DNA of 39,222 nucleotides from a virus (IMGVR_UViG_3300042522_000042:1-39222); one strand, 5' to 3'; positions 15,685 to 26,796 are shown, counted from the stretch's first letter. Notes: generated from the sequence alone by a model not told the origin. Numbers and translations: made by a program.

Positions 15685-17415
15685 CTAGTATTGTCCTACC
15701 GTTTGCTGGCTAAGACTTGTTCTGTTCGTGCCTGCAGCACCACTAAAGGCTGCTACTTCACGTTGCGTAAGTCTTTGACGCTTACGTTGTGCTGATGCTA
15801 GGCTATTGAATACTTCTTGCTCAGCTTCTGACTGACCATATGTATCCATTGTTGTGCCATAGATATCAGAAAGTTTTTCAGCAGTTGGAAGGATATCTGC
15901 AATAGTTGCATAACCCTTCTGTGCTTCTGCTTGTGTAACACCCTGTGCTGCTAGTTGTTCAGCAACAGATACACCAGCTTGTAGTCCTTGACGTGCCGCT
16001 GCTACACCAATTTCAGATGCTGCAACCTGACGTTCAATCTTCTGGAACTGCTGGTTAGGGTCTAGTACATAAGCAACTAGGTCTGATTGACCAATGCCAT
16101 AGTAGTCACGCAACTGCTTAGAGATAGCAGGGTCAGCATTCTGTACGCGCTGCACTGCTGTAACTACACGGTTAGAAAGTTCTGCTGCAGATACATCGTT
16201 AGCGATAAACTGAGATACATAGTCATCAGTGTCAAACTGTTTTAAGCCATAGGCACGAAGGACCTGGCGGTATCCATCTTCAAGATTAAGATACTCTGCT
16301 GGATTAAGGACCTGTAGGCCCTTCTTCATGCGTGCATCGTTAGCCTTAAAGCGCTGCTTGTACTCATCTGTTTCCATCAAGTCGATGGTAATGGTTGCCT
16401 CAGTTGCTCCATCAATTGCAAGAGCACGAATCTTATTGGCAAGGCCGCCTAGGTTGTAGCGAGCAAATCTATCTGTTAGAATCTTGATTGTTGATTCGCG
16501 CTGCGCCATCTTTGCTGATTCTGCAGCAGCCTTAGCTGCTATATCTGCTGCGGTTGAACCAGCTGTAGGGATTATTGTATTGCCAGTTACATTGATATTG
16601 GCTGCCGCGGCAGTTGCCGCTGCCTGTGCTGCAGCAGTTGCTGCTGCTGCATCTGCTGCATTTTTAGCATCTTGCGCTGCCTTAATTGCTGCAGCGTTAC
16701 CTGCTGCTTGCGCTGCTGCTAAATCTGCGGCGGCTTTATCTTGAGCTGCCTTTAAGTCTGCTGCGGCTTTTGCTGCTGCTGCAGCTGCATCCTGCTGTGC
16801 TTTGATTAACGCTGCTTTTGCTGCAGCAAGCTCGGCTGCAGTCTTCGCTGCTGCAATTGCAGCCTCTGCCGCGGCTTTGTCGGCTGCTGCTTTATCTGCT
16901 GCTGCCTTTGCAGCGGCATCTGCTGCTGCTTTGTCGGCTGCTAATTTCCCAGCGCTCTTATCGGTTGTCACAACTTTACCAGTTACTGGGTCAACGGTAG
17001 ATGTAATGCCAATACTTCCATAAGATTCAGTAATTTGCTTTGCAGTCGCTGCAGCATTTGCTGCTGCATCTAATTGAGCCTGAGTCTTACCAGTATTGCC
17101 AACCTTGACAGTGTAATAAATATCTTCGGCTGACAGAGCACTTGCCGCTGCCTGCGCAGCCTTATCTGCTGCTGCTTTCTTGGCCCGTGCCTCCGCGGCT
17201 GATTCAATTGCAGAGATTGATTGCTTAGGAACGTTTGCTAAATCTGCTGCTTCTTTTGCTTTAAATTGCTGAAGCGTTCCGCCAGTAAGAGCGGTGTATT
17301 TAGCAGGGTCTGCTTGGCGAATATACTCAAGATAAGAAACTCTATCCTCAGGCGGTAGGTCTGCTTGGAATCTATTCCATTGTGCTTCTGTATATGCCAT
17401 TATGCTAGTCCCCAA
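15685..17415 (-). CDS. Internal virion (ejection) protein with Ala/Lys-rich repeat
   Basis: Helical protein between portal block and scaffold; AADKAAAD repeats. Confidence 0.65.
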   Translation of the reverse strand: MGTSIMAYTEAQWNRFQADLPPEDRVSYLEYIRQADPAKYTALTGGTLQQFKAKEAADLANVPKQSISAIESAAEARAKKAAADKAAQAAASALSAEDIYYTVKVGNTGKTQAQLDAAANAAATAKQITESYGSIGITSTVDPVTGKVVTTDKSAGKLAADKAAADAAAKAAADKAAADKAAAEAAIAAAKTAAELAAAKAALIKAQQDAAAAAAKAAADLKAAQDKAAADLAAAQAAGNAAAIKAAQDAKNAADAAAATAAAQAAATAAAANINVTGNTIIPTAGSTAADIAAKAAAESAKMAQRESTIKILTDRFARYNLGGLANKIRALAIDGATEATITIDLMETDEYKQRFKANDARMKKGLQVLNPAEYLNLEDGYRQVLRAYGLKQFDTDDYVSQFIANDVSAAELSNRVVTAVQRVQNADPAISKQLRDYYGIGQSDLVAYVLDPNQQFQKIERQVAASEIGVAAARQGLQAGVSVAEQLAAQGVTQAEAQKGYATIADILPTAEKLSDIYGTTMDTYGQSEAEQEVFNSLASAQRKRQRLTQREVAAFSGAAGTNRTSLSQQTVGQY

Positions 17416-18326
17416 TCGCGTAGAACTTTAAGAGACAATGAGTCAATAGTATTACGTGCGTTATTTGTGTACTCCCACTCAGGCTTACTGCGTAGTTCTT
17501 TTTCAAACTGCCACAAAGGCTTAACCGCAGGCTTGCCATCTGGTCCTACATACTGCAAAGCAGCACGTAGTGTTGGGTCTTCAAATGTAATTGAGTCAGC
17601 ATCGCGTTCTAATACGTTAGCCATTGCACCCTTGTAGGCAGAAGCAATTGAATCAACGCTAATGCCATTGTTAATCTGGTCAGAATAACCAGGGAATGCA
17701 CTCGCTGCAGTAGCACGAATCTCTGCTTGGATGTCATCTGTTGTGGTTGTTCCTGTGAACAAGTCTCGTGACTTCTGGTCCCAGTATGCCTGGTTTAGGT
17801 ACTTGCCTACGCCAAATGAATTTGCATATGATTTAAGTGACGATGTGTCACCAATGATGTTACCACCAAAGCCAGTAATCTTACCTGAGAATCGAATCAG
17901 TTCATCGAATTGGTTATCATCTAAACCGCGCTCATATGCATTGACTGCAAGACTATCAAAGTCTGCCATGTTAATCTTAACACCAGCAGTAACTAGACGC
18001 TTACGAGCAGCAGTCTTGTACTTATCTAAAGAGTCTTTGTATACTCCAGGTTGTTCATTCTTTTCCTTTACTCTCTTCTTTACGAGAGGGCTAAGGTCTT
18101 GGTAGTATGAAGTCTTATATAGTTCTTCTAGAGCCTTACCAGTATTGCCTGCTTTAAAGAACTCATAGATTGGTCTTAGTTCAGGGTATGCTGCAAGGAG
18201 TGCTTCGCTAATACCATAAGAAATGGCAGTTTGAACGCCTTCTTGTTGAGCCTTTGCAGTAGCATTAGCCTTAGCAGCCTCTTCGGCTGCAATGCGTGCA
18301 GTGTTTGCTGCGTCTATTGCTGACAT
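17400..18326 (-). CDS. Probable internal virion protein
   Basis: Position in coupled cluster; helical. Confidence 0.55.
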   Translation of the reverse strand: MSAIDAANTARIAAEEAAKANATAKAQQEGVQTAISYGISEALLAAYPELRPIYEFFKAGNTGKALEELYKTSYYQDLSPLVKKRVKEKNEQPGVYKDSLDKYKTAARKRLVTAGVKINMADFDSLAVNAYERGLDDNQFDELIRFSGKITGFGGNIIGDTSSLKSYANSFGVGKYLNQAYWDQKSRDLFTGTTTTDDIQAEIRATAASAFPGYSDQINNGISVDSIASAYKGAMANVLERDADSITFEDPTLRAALQYVGPDGKPAVKPLWQFEKELRSKPEWEYTNNARNTIDSLSLKVLRDWGLA

Positions 18327-19330
18327 TATGCTCCTGCCACATTTCCTGATAGCCAGTCAGCAAACCGAATACGAGATGTACGGTCAGCATCGTCTGGGTT
18401 GAGGTCTATTAGTTTCTGTTCAACTGTAGATTGAATCTCACCTGCTGTTAATCCTGGCGTGGTTGTCTGTACGTTTTCCATCTTACCAGTCTTCTTATTC
18501 CTAACCTTCTTGTATTCGGTTAGAGTCCCTGTGTTAAGCTTCTCTAATTCTTTGAACAACTCTTCCTTCTCATCATCCTTTAAGGTACGCATAAGCTTCT
18601 TTTCAGCCCAGCTATCGAATGCCTGGAATGATGTTGCCTTATCTAGTTGAGAAATACTACGTGTAGGTAGAGTTGGTTCGTCACCCTTAACACTCTTTAA
18701 TGTGTCAGCAAGTAGTTGCATAGGTGTAACCTTAGCACCTCTGCCACCTTGATAGATTTGACCCGCAACTGTAACCATTTTTTCCCATATTCCATACGCC
18801 TCAAGTTGGCTAATGGATTTACCTTTAGATGCGTAGGCACCAATGATTTTATTTTGCAGTGCTTCATCTGTCCAGAAGTCTGAAACAACAGTATTAACAA
18901 ATCCAATTGTAGGAGTTACTGAAGATACAGGCTTGCCACCTTTAAACTTTAAATCAGTTGTCTTGTTTGTGTCACCAAACCATACAAATGCCGTGCTTCC
19001 AGGTGCTCCCGCTGCAAATGATGCTGCGTTAGATACGTCAATAACACCTGAAAGGTCTGCTAGAACGTCATCTGTTATACCTAGTGGAGCATTCTCTGCA
19101 ATTTTAGGTGCAGATGGAAGTGGAGTTTTGGTCTTGCTCTTAGGCGGAGTCTTTGGCTTGCCAGATAGTTGACGATTAATCTCTACTAGTTCTTGACGGA
19201 GAGTTTCTGTTTCTTTTAAACCCTCTAGACGTTGAGCAGCAGTACTAGTGGTGATATCTGTTTTAGTTTTTTGCGCGATGAGTTCAATGAGAACATTCTT
19301 ACGCGCTATCAGTTCTTCTCTAGTTGCCAT
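18326..19330 (-). CDS. Probable internal virion protein
   Basis: Position; TAATG coupling. Confidence 0.55.
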   Translation of the reverse strand: MATREELIARKNVLIELIAQKTKTDITTSTAAQRLEGLKETETLRQELVEINRQLSGKPKTPPKSKTKTPLPSAPKIAENAPLGITDDVLADLSGVIDVSNAASFAAGAPGSTAFVWFGDTNKTTDLKFKGGKPVSSVTPTIGFVNTVVSDFWTDEALQNKIIGAYASKGKSISQLEAYGIWEKMVTVAGQIYQGGRGAKVTPMQLLADTLKSVKGDEPTLPTRSISQLDKATSFQAFDSWAEKKLMRTLKDDEKEELFKELEKLNTGTLTEYKKVRNKKTGKMENVQTTTPGLTAGEIQSTVEQKLIDLNPDDADRTSRIRFADWLSGNVAGA

Positions 19331-19331
19331 G

Positions 19332-22300
19332 TTATCGTCCTGAATCTAGGTATTTGTCGTAGATTCTATCCTGTGATAAGAATCTGTCGTAGATATTTGC
19401 AAACTCTAAGTCGCCTGCTTTAAGTTGGCTGACATAGTAATCAAGAGCCAGACGCAAATCTTGGTTCTGTTTAGCATCTATATTACCAGATGCTCTTCCA
19501 CTCAAAGCAGCAGAAATACTATCACGTATTTTCATGTACAAAGTAACTGACTTCCACGTAGGGTCGTCGCCATTATCCTTCATAAAGGTGTCATCAGAAA
19601 TAATCTTTCTGAATCCAGCAATAGTTTTAGCTGATTTTGTACCATCAACATCTCGATAGTCTTGATACCATGCGCTAGGAGCACCTGTTGGTATACCAGT
19701 TTCTGGGTCTACATCAGATGCCAGTTGCTGTATAACAACTTGCTTTGCATATGCTAAGTCTTCAGCACCTGCTGCTTGGAAAGAAGAAAGTCCACGCTTT
19801 TCAAGGTGTGCATCTAATATAACCATAGCACGGCGGTACTTAGCCCAACCCTCACGTGCGGCATTTTGCCTTTGTGCCTCTTTAGGGTCCTGCTTACTAC
19901 GGAATGTTTCAGGTGTTCCTGGTGCAATTGCAGTCTCTGACTGCCACCAGTATGCTGTAGGATTAAACTTAGCAGCACCTGAACCCTTGGTAATTAAACC
20001 AACTAGGTATGAGTTATCCCCTACTACCTCGCTGATTAATCTGTTATATCGCTTAGCATTCTGCACATCATCCATTGTAGCCTGTGAACCTGTAGGGTTC
20101 TTAGACAATGATGTAGCAAATCCAAAGTATTCTGGGAAGTCTTCAAGAAACTTAGCATCTGCTGCTAGGCCGTAAGTACGGCTATACTCACGCCACTTGT
20201 CCATGTAAAGCCTGTATGGGCTTTCAAACTGTGGAGCAAAAGGTAGAATCAAGTTAGCAGCCACACGCATCTTGTAGAATGCATCTGTCTTTTCCTTAAT
20301 TTCAGCATCGGTTAAGTAACGTTGATTGTTTTCCTTAGACTTCTGCTGTTCTGTTAGCCAGATAAGCTGGTAAGTCTTAGCATAATCATCATTGTTTAAT
20401 CCTTGTACACCCTTAATAAGGTTACGACCCCATGTAGGTAGGAACTGGCTTAGTGAATCGTCAGGTCCATATGGGAACGCAAAGGATACAACCTCTTCTA
20501 GTTCAGGCTTTAACTTCAGTACATTTGCTACAGGAATAGCAGCGAATGGACCAACAGATACACCGAATGGGTTACCTTGGAAGATAACATCAAGGCTTCG
20601 CTTGCTGATACCTATTTCATCAAGGGATGAAAGTCCTTGACCAATAATAGGAAGCTTCTTAAGCGACTTAGGAATCGGTAACCACATAGTGTCATTAGCG
20701 TTTAGCGCTTGCCCTGGTAGGACTGGCTCGCCTGTTTCTTCATTAGTGATTAGACCTGAGCGTTCAGGTGCATTCCATACAACATTAGCACGGTTTAGAA
20801 TAGCAGGGTTTTCCATACCAATTCTGAACCAAGTCTTAACCGCGTTTTCTTGTGCAGAGAAGAATGGTGATATAAAGCGTAGCATATGTGCAGCATTAGA
20901 GCGACGTTCTACATTGTAAAGAATCGCTTTAACGCCTTTCATGGCGTCAGCTCTAGCACCAGCAGTAAGGGTATACTGTAACTCAGCGAATTCTTCGCGT
21001 GTATACTTGCCACCCTTTAAGAACTCTGCTGTTTCAAAGCGCTTCTGAATTGACTTTTCATATAGGTCAATAAACAATGGGTGACGTGCCCAGTTATCTT
21101 CAGGTATAGTTGCTAGATACTTAAACAAAGAACTAGTAATGCGGTTAGATACGCCACGAACAGTAAGGTTCATGTTGGCGTCTAATAGGTGACCATGTAC
21201 TACAGGTAGTACTTCAGGGTCACGGATTGCATTACGTAGGAAATCCTCTGTAATCTTACCAGCTTCTTCGCCAGGAAGTGCTGACATAATCTTTTCGCGG
21301 ATACCATATCCTGCAGGAATGTAGTCATCTAGAAACTTCTGTGCTGTAACAACATACTCTAGTGCTTCATCACGTGGAATACCCAAGCGAGCACGTAACT
21401 CTTTGTTGTCAGCAAGTTCTCTAGCAACCTCATCGACACTCTTGCCAGACATAAGCGCACGAGGAACTGCAGCGTTGGCAAATGTCTCATTGATAGCATT
21501 TGTCCACTCTTGGTAGTAGTTGACATCTCCTGGGCGCACAGCGCCACGACCCTTGCTTGATACGTTAGCACCATAAATGGTTGAGTAATCTTCTAGTAAA
21601 GAGTAGAATGAACGCTGAGATGAATTTAGCTCACGGAATAGCCCGCCAGTTGGTCCACCAAATGCGCCGTATACAGTATGCTTTGTGCCATCAACACTGT
21701 CAACAGTTGTTGTAAGTCCAAATCGTTCGCGCCAGTCTTTTGCCTTACCAGGAGTTACATCAAGGGTAGATTCTAATTGAATATCTTCTTGACCAATACG
21801 CTTCTTGCGTGATGCTACCTTTGATTGCTCTAATCTTGTTAGGGTAGCATTATTGCCATCGTATGCTGCATTCGCAGCCTCAAGCGCTTTTCTTTTTACA
21901 ACAAGTTCGCCGACTAAGTCTGCATTGTCTAACTCTGTGGCAGCACGTGTTTCAAGATTTGCAACTTCTTTAGTTAAACGTGCAACTTCTGCACCATTTT
22001 TTTGAAGTTCATCTTTAACAGTCTTGTAATCTATTTTGCCTGCTGTGTTATAGTTGTCAACTAGGCGCTGCTTTGCAGCAGAAGCATTGTTTATTAAATT
22101 TTTTCCACCTTCGCCAGCATGGCGCAGTGAAGCCATTGCTCCTACTGTAGCCCAAATACGAAGTTGGGAATCAACAGCATTACGAATAGGATATCCAAGG
22201 CGCAGAAGAACTGCAGCCTTCCACAAATCGTTAGTTACGCTTATAACATCTTTAGCGCTACCAGATACTGCGCGGATTGCGCTCTTGTTGCGTTGGATAA

Positions 22301-24008
22301 CTGCGTCAATAGTATCAAAATCTGCAATTGGTAAAAAGTTTGCTGTCTGAGATTCAAACAATGGCACCTTAATCATTTGATTAAGTTCCTTGTCAAAGAT
22401 AAATCCGTCTTCTTTAGACTCAGACATTCTTCCTGTACGTAATTTTACGTGATAATTAAAAAGTTCTTCTGCATCTTCTGGAGCAACTCCATGTTTTGCA
22501 GCAACAATTCTATAACCAGTCTGCTCAAGCTCATTAACTACACGAGCGCGGGCTTCTGGAGTGCCAGCTTCAGCGTATCGCTGGATATATGACATAGCAT
22601 CAGCAGGAGTAAATGTTCCCAATTGGGTACGTGTAATAAGAGCGGCACCTTTTGTAGGAAGCGGCTTAGACAACTTTACCAAACGGTCAGTTACTGCTGT
22701 AATTTCACGGATTGATTCACCTTCATTGAGGTTTACAACGCCAGATGGACGCTCACGGAACGGCCAAGTTACAGAATAATAAAGTTTGTGGAACGGTGTT
22801 GGCTGATACATTGAAATCTTTGCATCACCAATTGCCGCTGAATGATATATGCTGCTTTTAGCAGAAGCAATAAATCTACCAGTAGCCTGTGTTAGTCCAC
22901 CAACACCCTCGATAAGTGAAGGTGTATCTGAAATATTAATCAGAGTATCTACATAGCGGTCATGCTTAGCCCATGCTGAAATAAAATCACGGTCAGCCTG
23001 AATCTCTTCAGGTGAGCGTAGCGCAAACTGTAGCATATCGTCAGTTGTTGCATCAATTAATTTTGCTTCTTCGTTAAGAAGTACCTTTAAATCACTTGTT
23101 GTGATTTCACCATTTGCAATACGCAAAGGCTCAGCAATATCTGGGCGCTTTAATTCTCTAAGAACTTCAACACCGCTTTTATCTCCCATGACGGCAAGCA
23201 TTGTATTGATTGCTTCTTCTTTTGTTGCAGAGATGCCTAGCAAATAAGAAGTTGTTGCTTCGTTACTACTGCCCTTAATCCAAGGGTGGTTTTGTGCCCA
23301 GACAATATCATTTTTAGCAAATTCATCTGCAAGTCTAGAATACTTTTCTGCCAACTTATTTGTTGTTGGAATACCTGAGCGAACTTCACGAAGCGCAATG
23401 ATTGCATCCTTAGCAGAATCTGCAGCACGCTTGCTTGCGATTAACTTACCACCAACGATAGACACATCTCCAGCAAACTGCGCTATTGTATCAACAGTAC
23501 CAGAGGTAAGTTTACCCATAAGGCTATCATTGAAAGCTTGTTCGCGTTGCTTTTCATCATAAATGTCAAAGTCGGAATCCATAAACTTTGGAGTCAGTTC
23601 ATCGGGTAGAAACTGTCCAAAAGTCTGGCCGAACTGTGTCGTAAGTGCCTGACCAAAAGAAACTTCGTTACGTGCTTCCCATGCTTTTTTCCATGAATCA
23701 CTAATGCCCATATCTGGGTCACGCTGTGCAAACAATGCAAGGGCAGAAAGAGGTTCACGAATTAAGTTGCGGTTAGTTGCTTCAACTGCTGCAATAACTC
23801 CACCAACTGGACGACCAATGTTTTTTCCAAAGTCAATTCCTGCTTGTTTTAATGTACCAAGAAAAGTATCGTATTCTTCTCTATCGTTCCATGGGGCAGT
23901 TCCTAGGTCCCACGCAAGTTTAGGCAGAGCTAAAACACCAAGACCAACATCTCCAACCCAATCTATGGTTCCTTTTGTAAGGTCACCAATTCGGTTCCAG
24001 ATGCTCAT
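19332..24008 (-). CDS. Large internal virion / DNA ejection protein (1558 aa)
   Basis: Size and helical character like podovirus gp16-type proteins; FISPFFSAQEN motif. Confidence 0.65.
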   Translation of the reverse strand: MSIWNRIGDLTKGTIDWVGDVGLGVLALPKLAWDLGTAPWNDREEYDTFLGTLKQAGIDFGKNIGRPVGGVIAAVEATNRNLIREPLSALALFAQRDPDMGISDSWKKAWEARNEVSFGQALTTQFGQTFGQFLPDELTPKFMDSDFDIYDEKQREQAFNDSLMGKLTSGTVDTIAQFAGDVSIVGGKLIASKRAADSAKDAIIALREVRSGIPTTNKLAEKYSRLADEFAKNDIVWAQNHPWIKGSSNEATTSYLLGISATKEEAINTMLAVMGDKSGVEVLRELKRPDIAEPLRIANGEITTSDLKVLLNEEAKLIDATTDDMLQFALRSPEEIQADRDFISAWAKHDRYVDTLINISDTPSLIEGVGGLTQATGRFIASAKSSIYHSAAIGDAKISMYQPTPFHKLYYSVTWPFRERPSGVVNLNEGESIREITAVTDRLVKLSKPLPTKGAALITRTQLGTFTPADAMSYIQRYAEAGTPEARARVVNELEQTGYRIVAAKHGVAPEDAEELFNYHVKLRTGRMSESKEDGFIFDKELNQMIKVPLFESQTANFLPIADFDTIDAVIQRNKSAIRAVSGSAKDVISVTNDLWKAAVLLRLGYPIRNAVDSQLRIWATVGAMASLRHAGEGGKNLINNASAAKQRLVDNYNTAGKIDYKTVKDELQKNGAEVARLTKEVANLETRAATELDNADLVGELVVKRKALEAANAAYDGNNATLTRLEQSKVASRKKRIGQEDIQLESTLDVTPGKAKDWRERFGLTTTVDSVDGTKHTVYGAFGGPTGGLFRELNSSQRSFYSLLEDYSTIYGANVSSKGRGAVRPGDVNYYQEWTNAINETFANAAVPRALMSGKSVDEVARELADNKELRARLGIPRDEALEYVVTAQKFLDDYIPAGYGIREKIMSALPGEEAGKITEDFLRNAIRDPEVLPVVHGHLLDANMNLTVRGVSNRITSSLFKYLATIPEDNWARHPLFIDLYEKSIQKRFETAEFLKGGKYTREEFAELQYTLTAGARADAMKGVKAILYNVERRSNAAHMLRFISPFFSAQENAVKTWFRIGMENPAILNRANVVWNAPERSGLITNEETGEPVLPGQALNANDTMWLPIPKSLKKLPIIGQGLSSLDEIGISKRSLDVIFQGNPFGVSVGPFAAIPVANVLKLKPELEEVVSFAFPYGPDDSLSQFLPTWGRNLIKGVQGLNNDDYAKTYQLIWLTEQQKSKENNQRYLTDAEIKEKTDAFYKMRVAANLILPFAPQFESPYRLYMDKWREYSRTYGLAADAKFLEDFPEYFGFATSLSKNPTGSQATMDDVQNAKRYNRLISEVVGDNSYLVGLITKGSGAAKFNPTAYWWQSETAIAPGTPETFRSKQDPKEAQRQNAAREGWAKYRRAMVILDAHLEKRGLSSFQAAGAEDLAYAKQVVIQQLASDVDPETGIPTGAPSAWYQDYRDVDGTKSAKTIAGFRKIISDDTFMKDNGDDPTWKSVTLYMKIRDSISAALSGRASGNIDAKQNQDLRLALDYYVSQLKAGDLEFANIYDRFLSQDRIYDKYLDSGR

Positions 24009-24454
24009 TGCACCTCGTTCATTAATATTGCTAAAGTTCGTCTTGTCTCAGGAGACGTGTTTGGACGAGATGCAATATAACTCAAAACTGGATAGTAAGA
24101 AGAAATACTTTTATTAAACTCAGCTGAACTGTCGTTCATATTTGGAAGCATTAAAGCTTCTGCGCCAGGGCCTGCGCCCATGTTGATACCAGCCATTACT
24201 GATTCGTCAGGATTCATTGTTGGGTCTGTAAGAGGAGTTATAGGAGGAAGCTGTGGTGCAACATCCATTGAACGTGCTGCCATTGGTGATGGGGCTTTTG
24301 CCATAGGAGCACCCGCTGCTTGTTCATTAATTTGCTTGTTCATTCCATATGCAAATCCTTCAGCAACGCGACCGTCAGTACGACGTGAAAGTGCACCTGG
24401 ACCTGAAACTGGAGCAGGGTTACCTGGCTTACGATATCCGCCTTGTACTGCCAT
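24005..24454 (-). CDS. Pro/Ala/Gly-rich virion-associated protein
   Basis: GGYRKPGNPAPVSGPGALSRRTDG N-terminus; AGGAGG RBS. Confidence 0.6.
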   Translation of the reverse strand: MAVQGGYRKPGNPAPVSGPGALSRRTDGRVAEGFAYGMNKQINEQAAGAPMAKAPSPMAARSMDVAPQLPPITPLTDPTMNPDESVMAGINMGAGPGAEALMLPNMNDSSAEFNKSISSYYPVLSYIASRPNTSPETRRTLAILMNEVQ

Positions 24455-24462
24455 GTTTCCTC

Positions 24463-25008
24463 CTACTTAGTAAATTGCTCAAAGATATGAAACGGCGGAG
24501 CCGTCTCGTTATTATTAACTGCTGCAATTCTCATTGCATCTAGCATTGTAGTTCCTGCATGTAGTGCTCCAACTGCAAAGTCACCACCAGAACCAATGCC
24601 ATAAAATCCTGTGCTGTTCATTCCAACTGAGAAATCAGAATCTACCTCAAAGATAGTTCCATTAATTCCTAGTAGAAGACTTAATTCAAACTTGTTATCG
24701 TCATCATCTGACGTTTTATTAAAGTCTACACCTGCTTCAGTAAGTGCCGCCTTAAGCGATGGCACTACTTTGTTAATTGCAAACTCATATAAGTTTGCTT
24801 TAGCCTTTACTGTAACTAGTGGAGGCGTCCACCCGTGGAGTACCACTTGTAAACTACGATAGTTACCAGCACCAGAAATAATATAGCTTCCACGTTCAAC
24901 TGCCTTTGTCATGTCGGGATGAGTATAAACTTTACCAGCAGCGTTGATTCGACTGTCTGCTACGATTACACACTTGTCTTCGTGCTGAACACCGATAATC
25001 GTAGTCAT
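24463..25008 (-). CDS. Proteasome-beta/HslV-like Ntn threonine protease
   Basis: N-terminal (M)TTIIGV, ADSR, conserved K, ISGAG and GIGSGG motifs. Confidence 0.85.
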   Translation of the reverse strand: MTTIIGVQHEDKCVIVADSRINAAGKVYTHPDMTKAVERGSYIISGAGNYRSLQVVLHGWTPPLVTVKAKANLYEFAINKVVPSLKAALTEAGVDFNKTSDDDDNKFELSLLLGINGTIFEVDSDFSVGMNSTGFYGIGSGGDFAVGALHAGTTMLDAMRIAAVNNNETAPPFHIFEQFTK

Positions 25009-25022
25009 TGTCCCCTCCTAGA

Positions 25023-26789
25023 TTATATGCGTCGCGTTGAACGAACGCTTGCTGTCGGCTTTCCACCACCAGTAATACCTGATAGTAAGCTCATAATGTC
25101 TGGTGGTGCTGCCTCGATTTGAGGTGTAGCGCCTCCTGCTGGAACACCAGCGGGAACAGGGGACGGTTGCTCAACCGCTTCTAGGGCTCCAGCAGGAGGA
25201 ACTGGTTGCGGCTGTGGCGCAAAGACTTCTTCAATGACGTCCTCTAGTGCCTGTCCCTTTTGGCGTGCCTTAATGACAGCCGCAATCTGTCGCACAACTT
25301 CAGAAGCGTCCTGGCCTTGCATTGCCATCTGTGGTATCGCTTGAGAGAGTGCAGTAATGGAACCGAGAAGCGATGCTCGCATACTCTCGATTTCAATCTT
25401 TTCTACTTCTTGTGTTACGTTAACTGTAAATGGAAGTTCACGCATTGCCATATCCTTGGAGATGAGCCCACCACCAAGTGCCTGCAACATAAAGATAAGT
25501 CCCTGTGCAGGGTTAAGTCCTGCCAACATACCGTAACGGACATCAGCAGAGTAGTCGCCTTTGATGTCTTTTCTAGGGTTGTATGTAATTTCGTATGGTG
25601 AACCTGAGTCTACACCACGGATTGTCTTTTCATCTGGGAAAATTATTTCATCAACTTGGAAACAAAGTTGGATTACATCGCGTAGCGCTGATGCAAAGAT
25701 TGCTTGTGCTGACTTAACCTGTGTATCAAAGGCTCCCATAAGAGCCTGTACACCTTGCCCAGTAACAACTGATGCGCTGATGTTTCCTGTGCGTGATTCA
25801 GGGTAACGTGTACCAACACGCAATTCTTGACCAAGCAAGGTCTGCTCAGTAAATGCACCTGCTGGAATATTAAGTTCTACGCGGCGGACACCTGCTGGGT
25901 TTGCTGTACGAATAACAGCGTCGCCACCAAGTTGCAACTCTTGTACATCTTGTGGAAGTACGATAGGAGCTTGTACAGATTTCTCTGCAGCTTCCATTGC
26001 AAGTAACGCAAAGCGGTTGCGAAGCAACTGGATACCAAGGACGTCGTCAAACTGTCCACGTAGTTCGTCATCAATGGATGGTTTACGCGCTACTACAACC
26101 ATCATTTTACCCAATGGATTTGTAGCACGTGATAGTACTAAGTTATTCTTTGTAGGGATGTAGATGATTGATTGGTCTTTGTCGTAGTAACGAATCATTT
26201 CAACCTGAGTATTTAAGTCTTGCTTGTAGCCAAAGCCACCTAGCAAGGAGTACTCATACTCAGGATATAATGCGACTAACTCAGCCAAAGATGTCATGTA
26301 GCGCTTTGCAAAGGCAATGCAGCGTCCGTAGCGGTCGAATTCTGGGTAAGCACCCACAGGGTTTTCTAGGCGGATGCGCGGCAACTTTGCTTCCTCATCC
26401 AATTCAATAAAGAATGGGAGGAAACCGTAGGTGATGTACCAGTCTGCACCTTGGTACATGTGTACTGCAAGGTCAGAGTGTGAAAAATAATTAGAGGCAA
26501 TACGTGTACGCTTGTCAGCAAATGAACGTGCTCTATCTGAAACAGAGTTGGCAGCAGAACAGTTGACTGCAGGTAGTGGTGCCATAACTTCTGACAGGTC
26601 GCTTGCGACAACGTCAATAAAGTTTGCAACTACGTTAGCATCTACACCGTCTGGAAAGAAGTCAGGATAGACAGATGCGATATTACCCTTACGGACCGAA
26701 AGAACGTCGAGGTTTCGACCGTCGCGTTCAGCGTTGCGGAAGCGGAGGTTCTCGACTCTCGCCGCAACTTGTTCGATTGATAATGCCAT
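25023..26789 (-). CDS. Portal protein
   Basis: 588 aa directly after terminase; VVANFID N-terminus, Q/P-rich tail. Confidence 0.85.
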   Translation of the reverse strand: MALSIEQVAARVENLRFRNAERDGRNLDVLSVRKGNIASVYPDFFPDGVDANVVANFIDVVASDLSEVMAPLPAVNCSAANSVSDRARSFADKRTRIASNYFSHSDLAVHMYQGADWYITYGFLPFFIELDEEAKLPRIRLENPVGAYPEFDRYGRCIAFAKRYMTSLAELVALYPEYEYSLLGGFGYKQDLNTQVEMIRYYDKDQSIIYIPTKNNLVLSRATNPLGKMMVVVARKPSIDDELRGQFDDVLGIQLLRNRFALLAMEAAEKSVQAPIVLPQDVQELQLGGDAVIRTANPAGVRRVELNIPAGAFTEQTLLGQELRVGTRYPESRTGNISASVVTGQGVQALMGAFDTQVKSAQAIFASALRDVIQLCFQVDEIIFPDEKTIRGVDSGSPYEITYNPRKDIKGDYSADVRYGMLAGLNPAQGLIFMLQALGGGLISKDMAMRELPFTVNVTQEVEKIEIESMRASLLGSITALSQAIPQMAMQGQDASEVVRQIAAVIKARQKGQALEDVIEEVFAPQPQPVPPAGALEAVEQPSPVPAGVPAGGATPQIEAAPPDIMSLLSGITGGGKPTASVRSTRRI

Positions 26790-26796
26790 TGTTATC

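Noticed and set aside
15568-15687. Stop-codon readthrough from the 576-aa gene into the in-frame scaffold, stimulated by the pseudoknot
   Set aside because: An in-frame TAA occurs 31 codons after the TAG, so no fusion without a second readthrough
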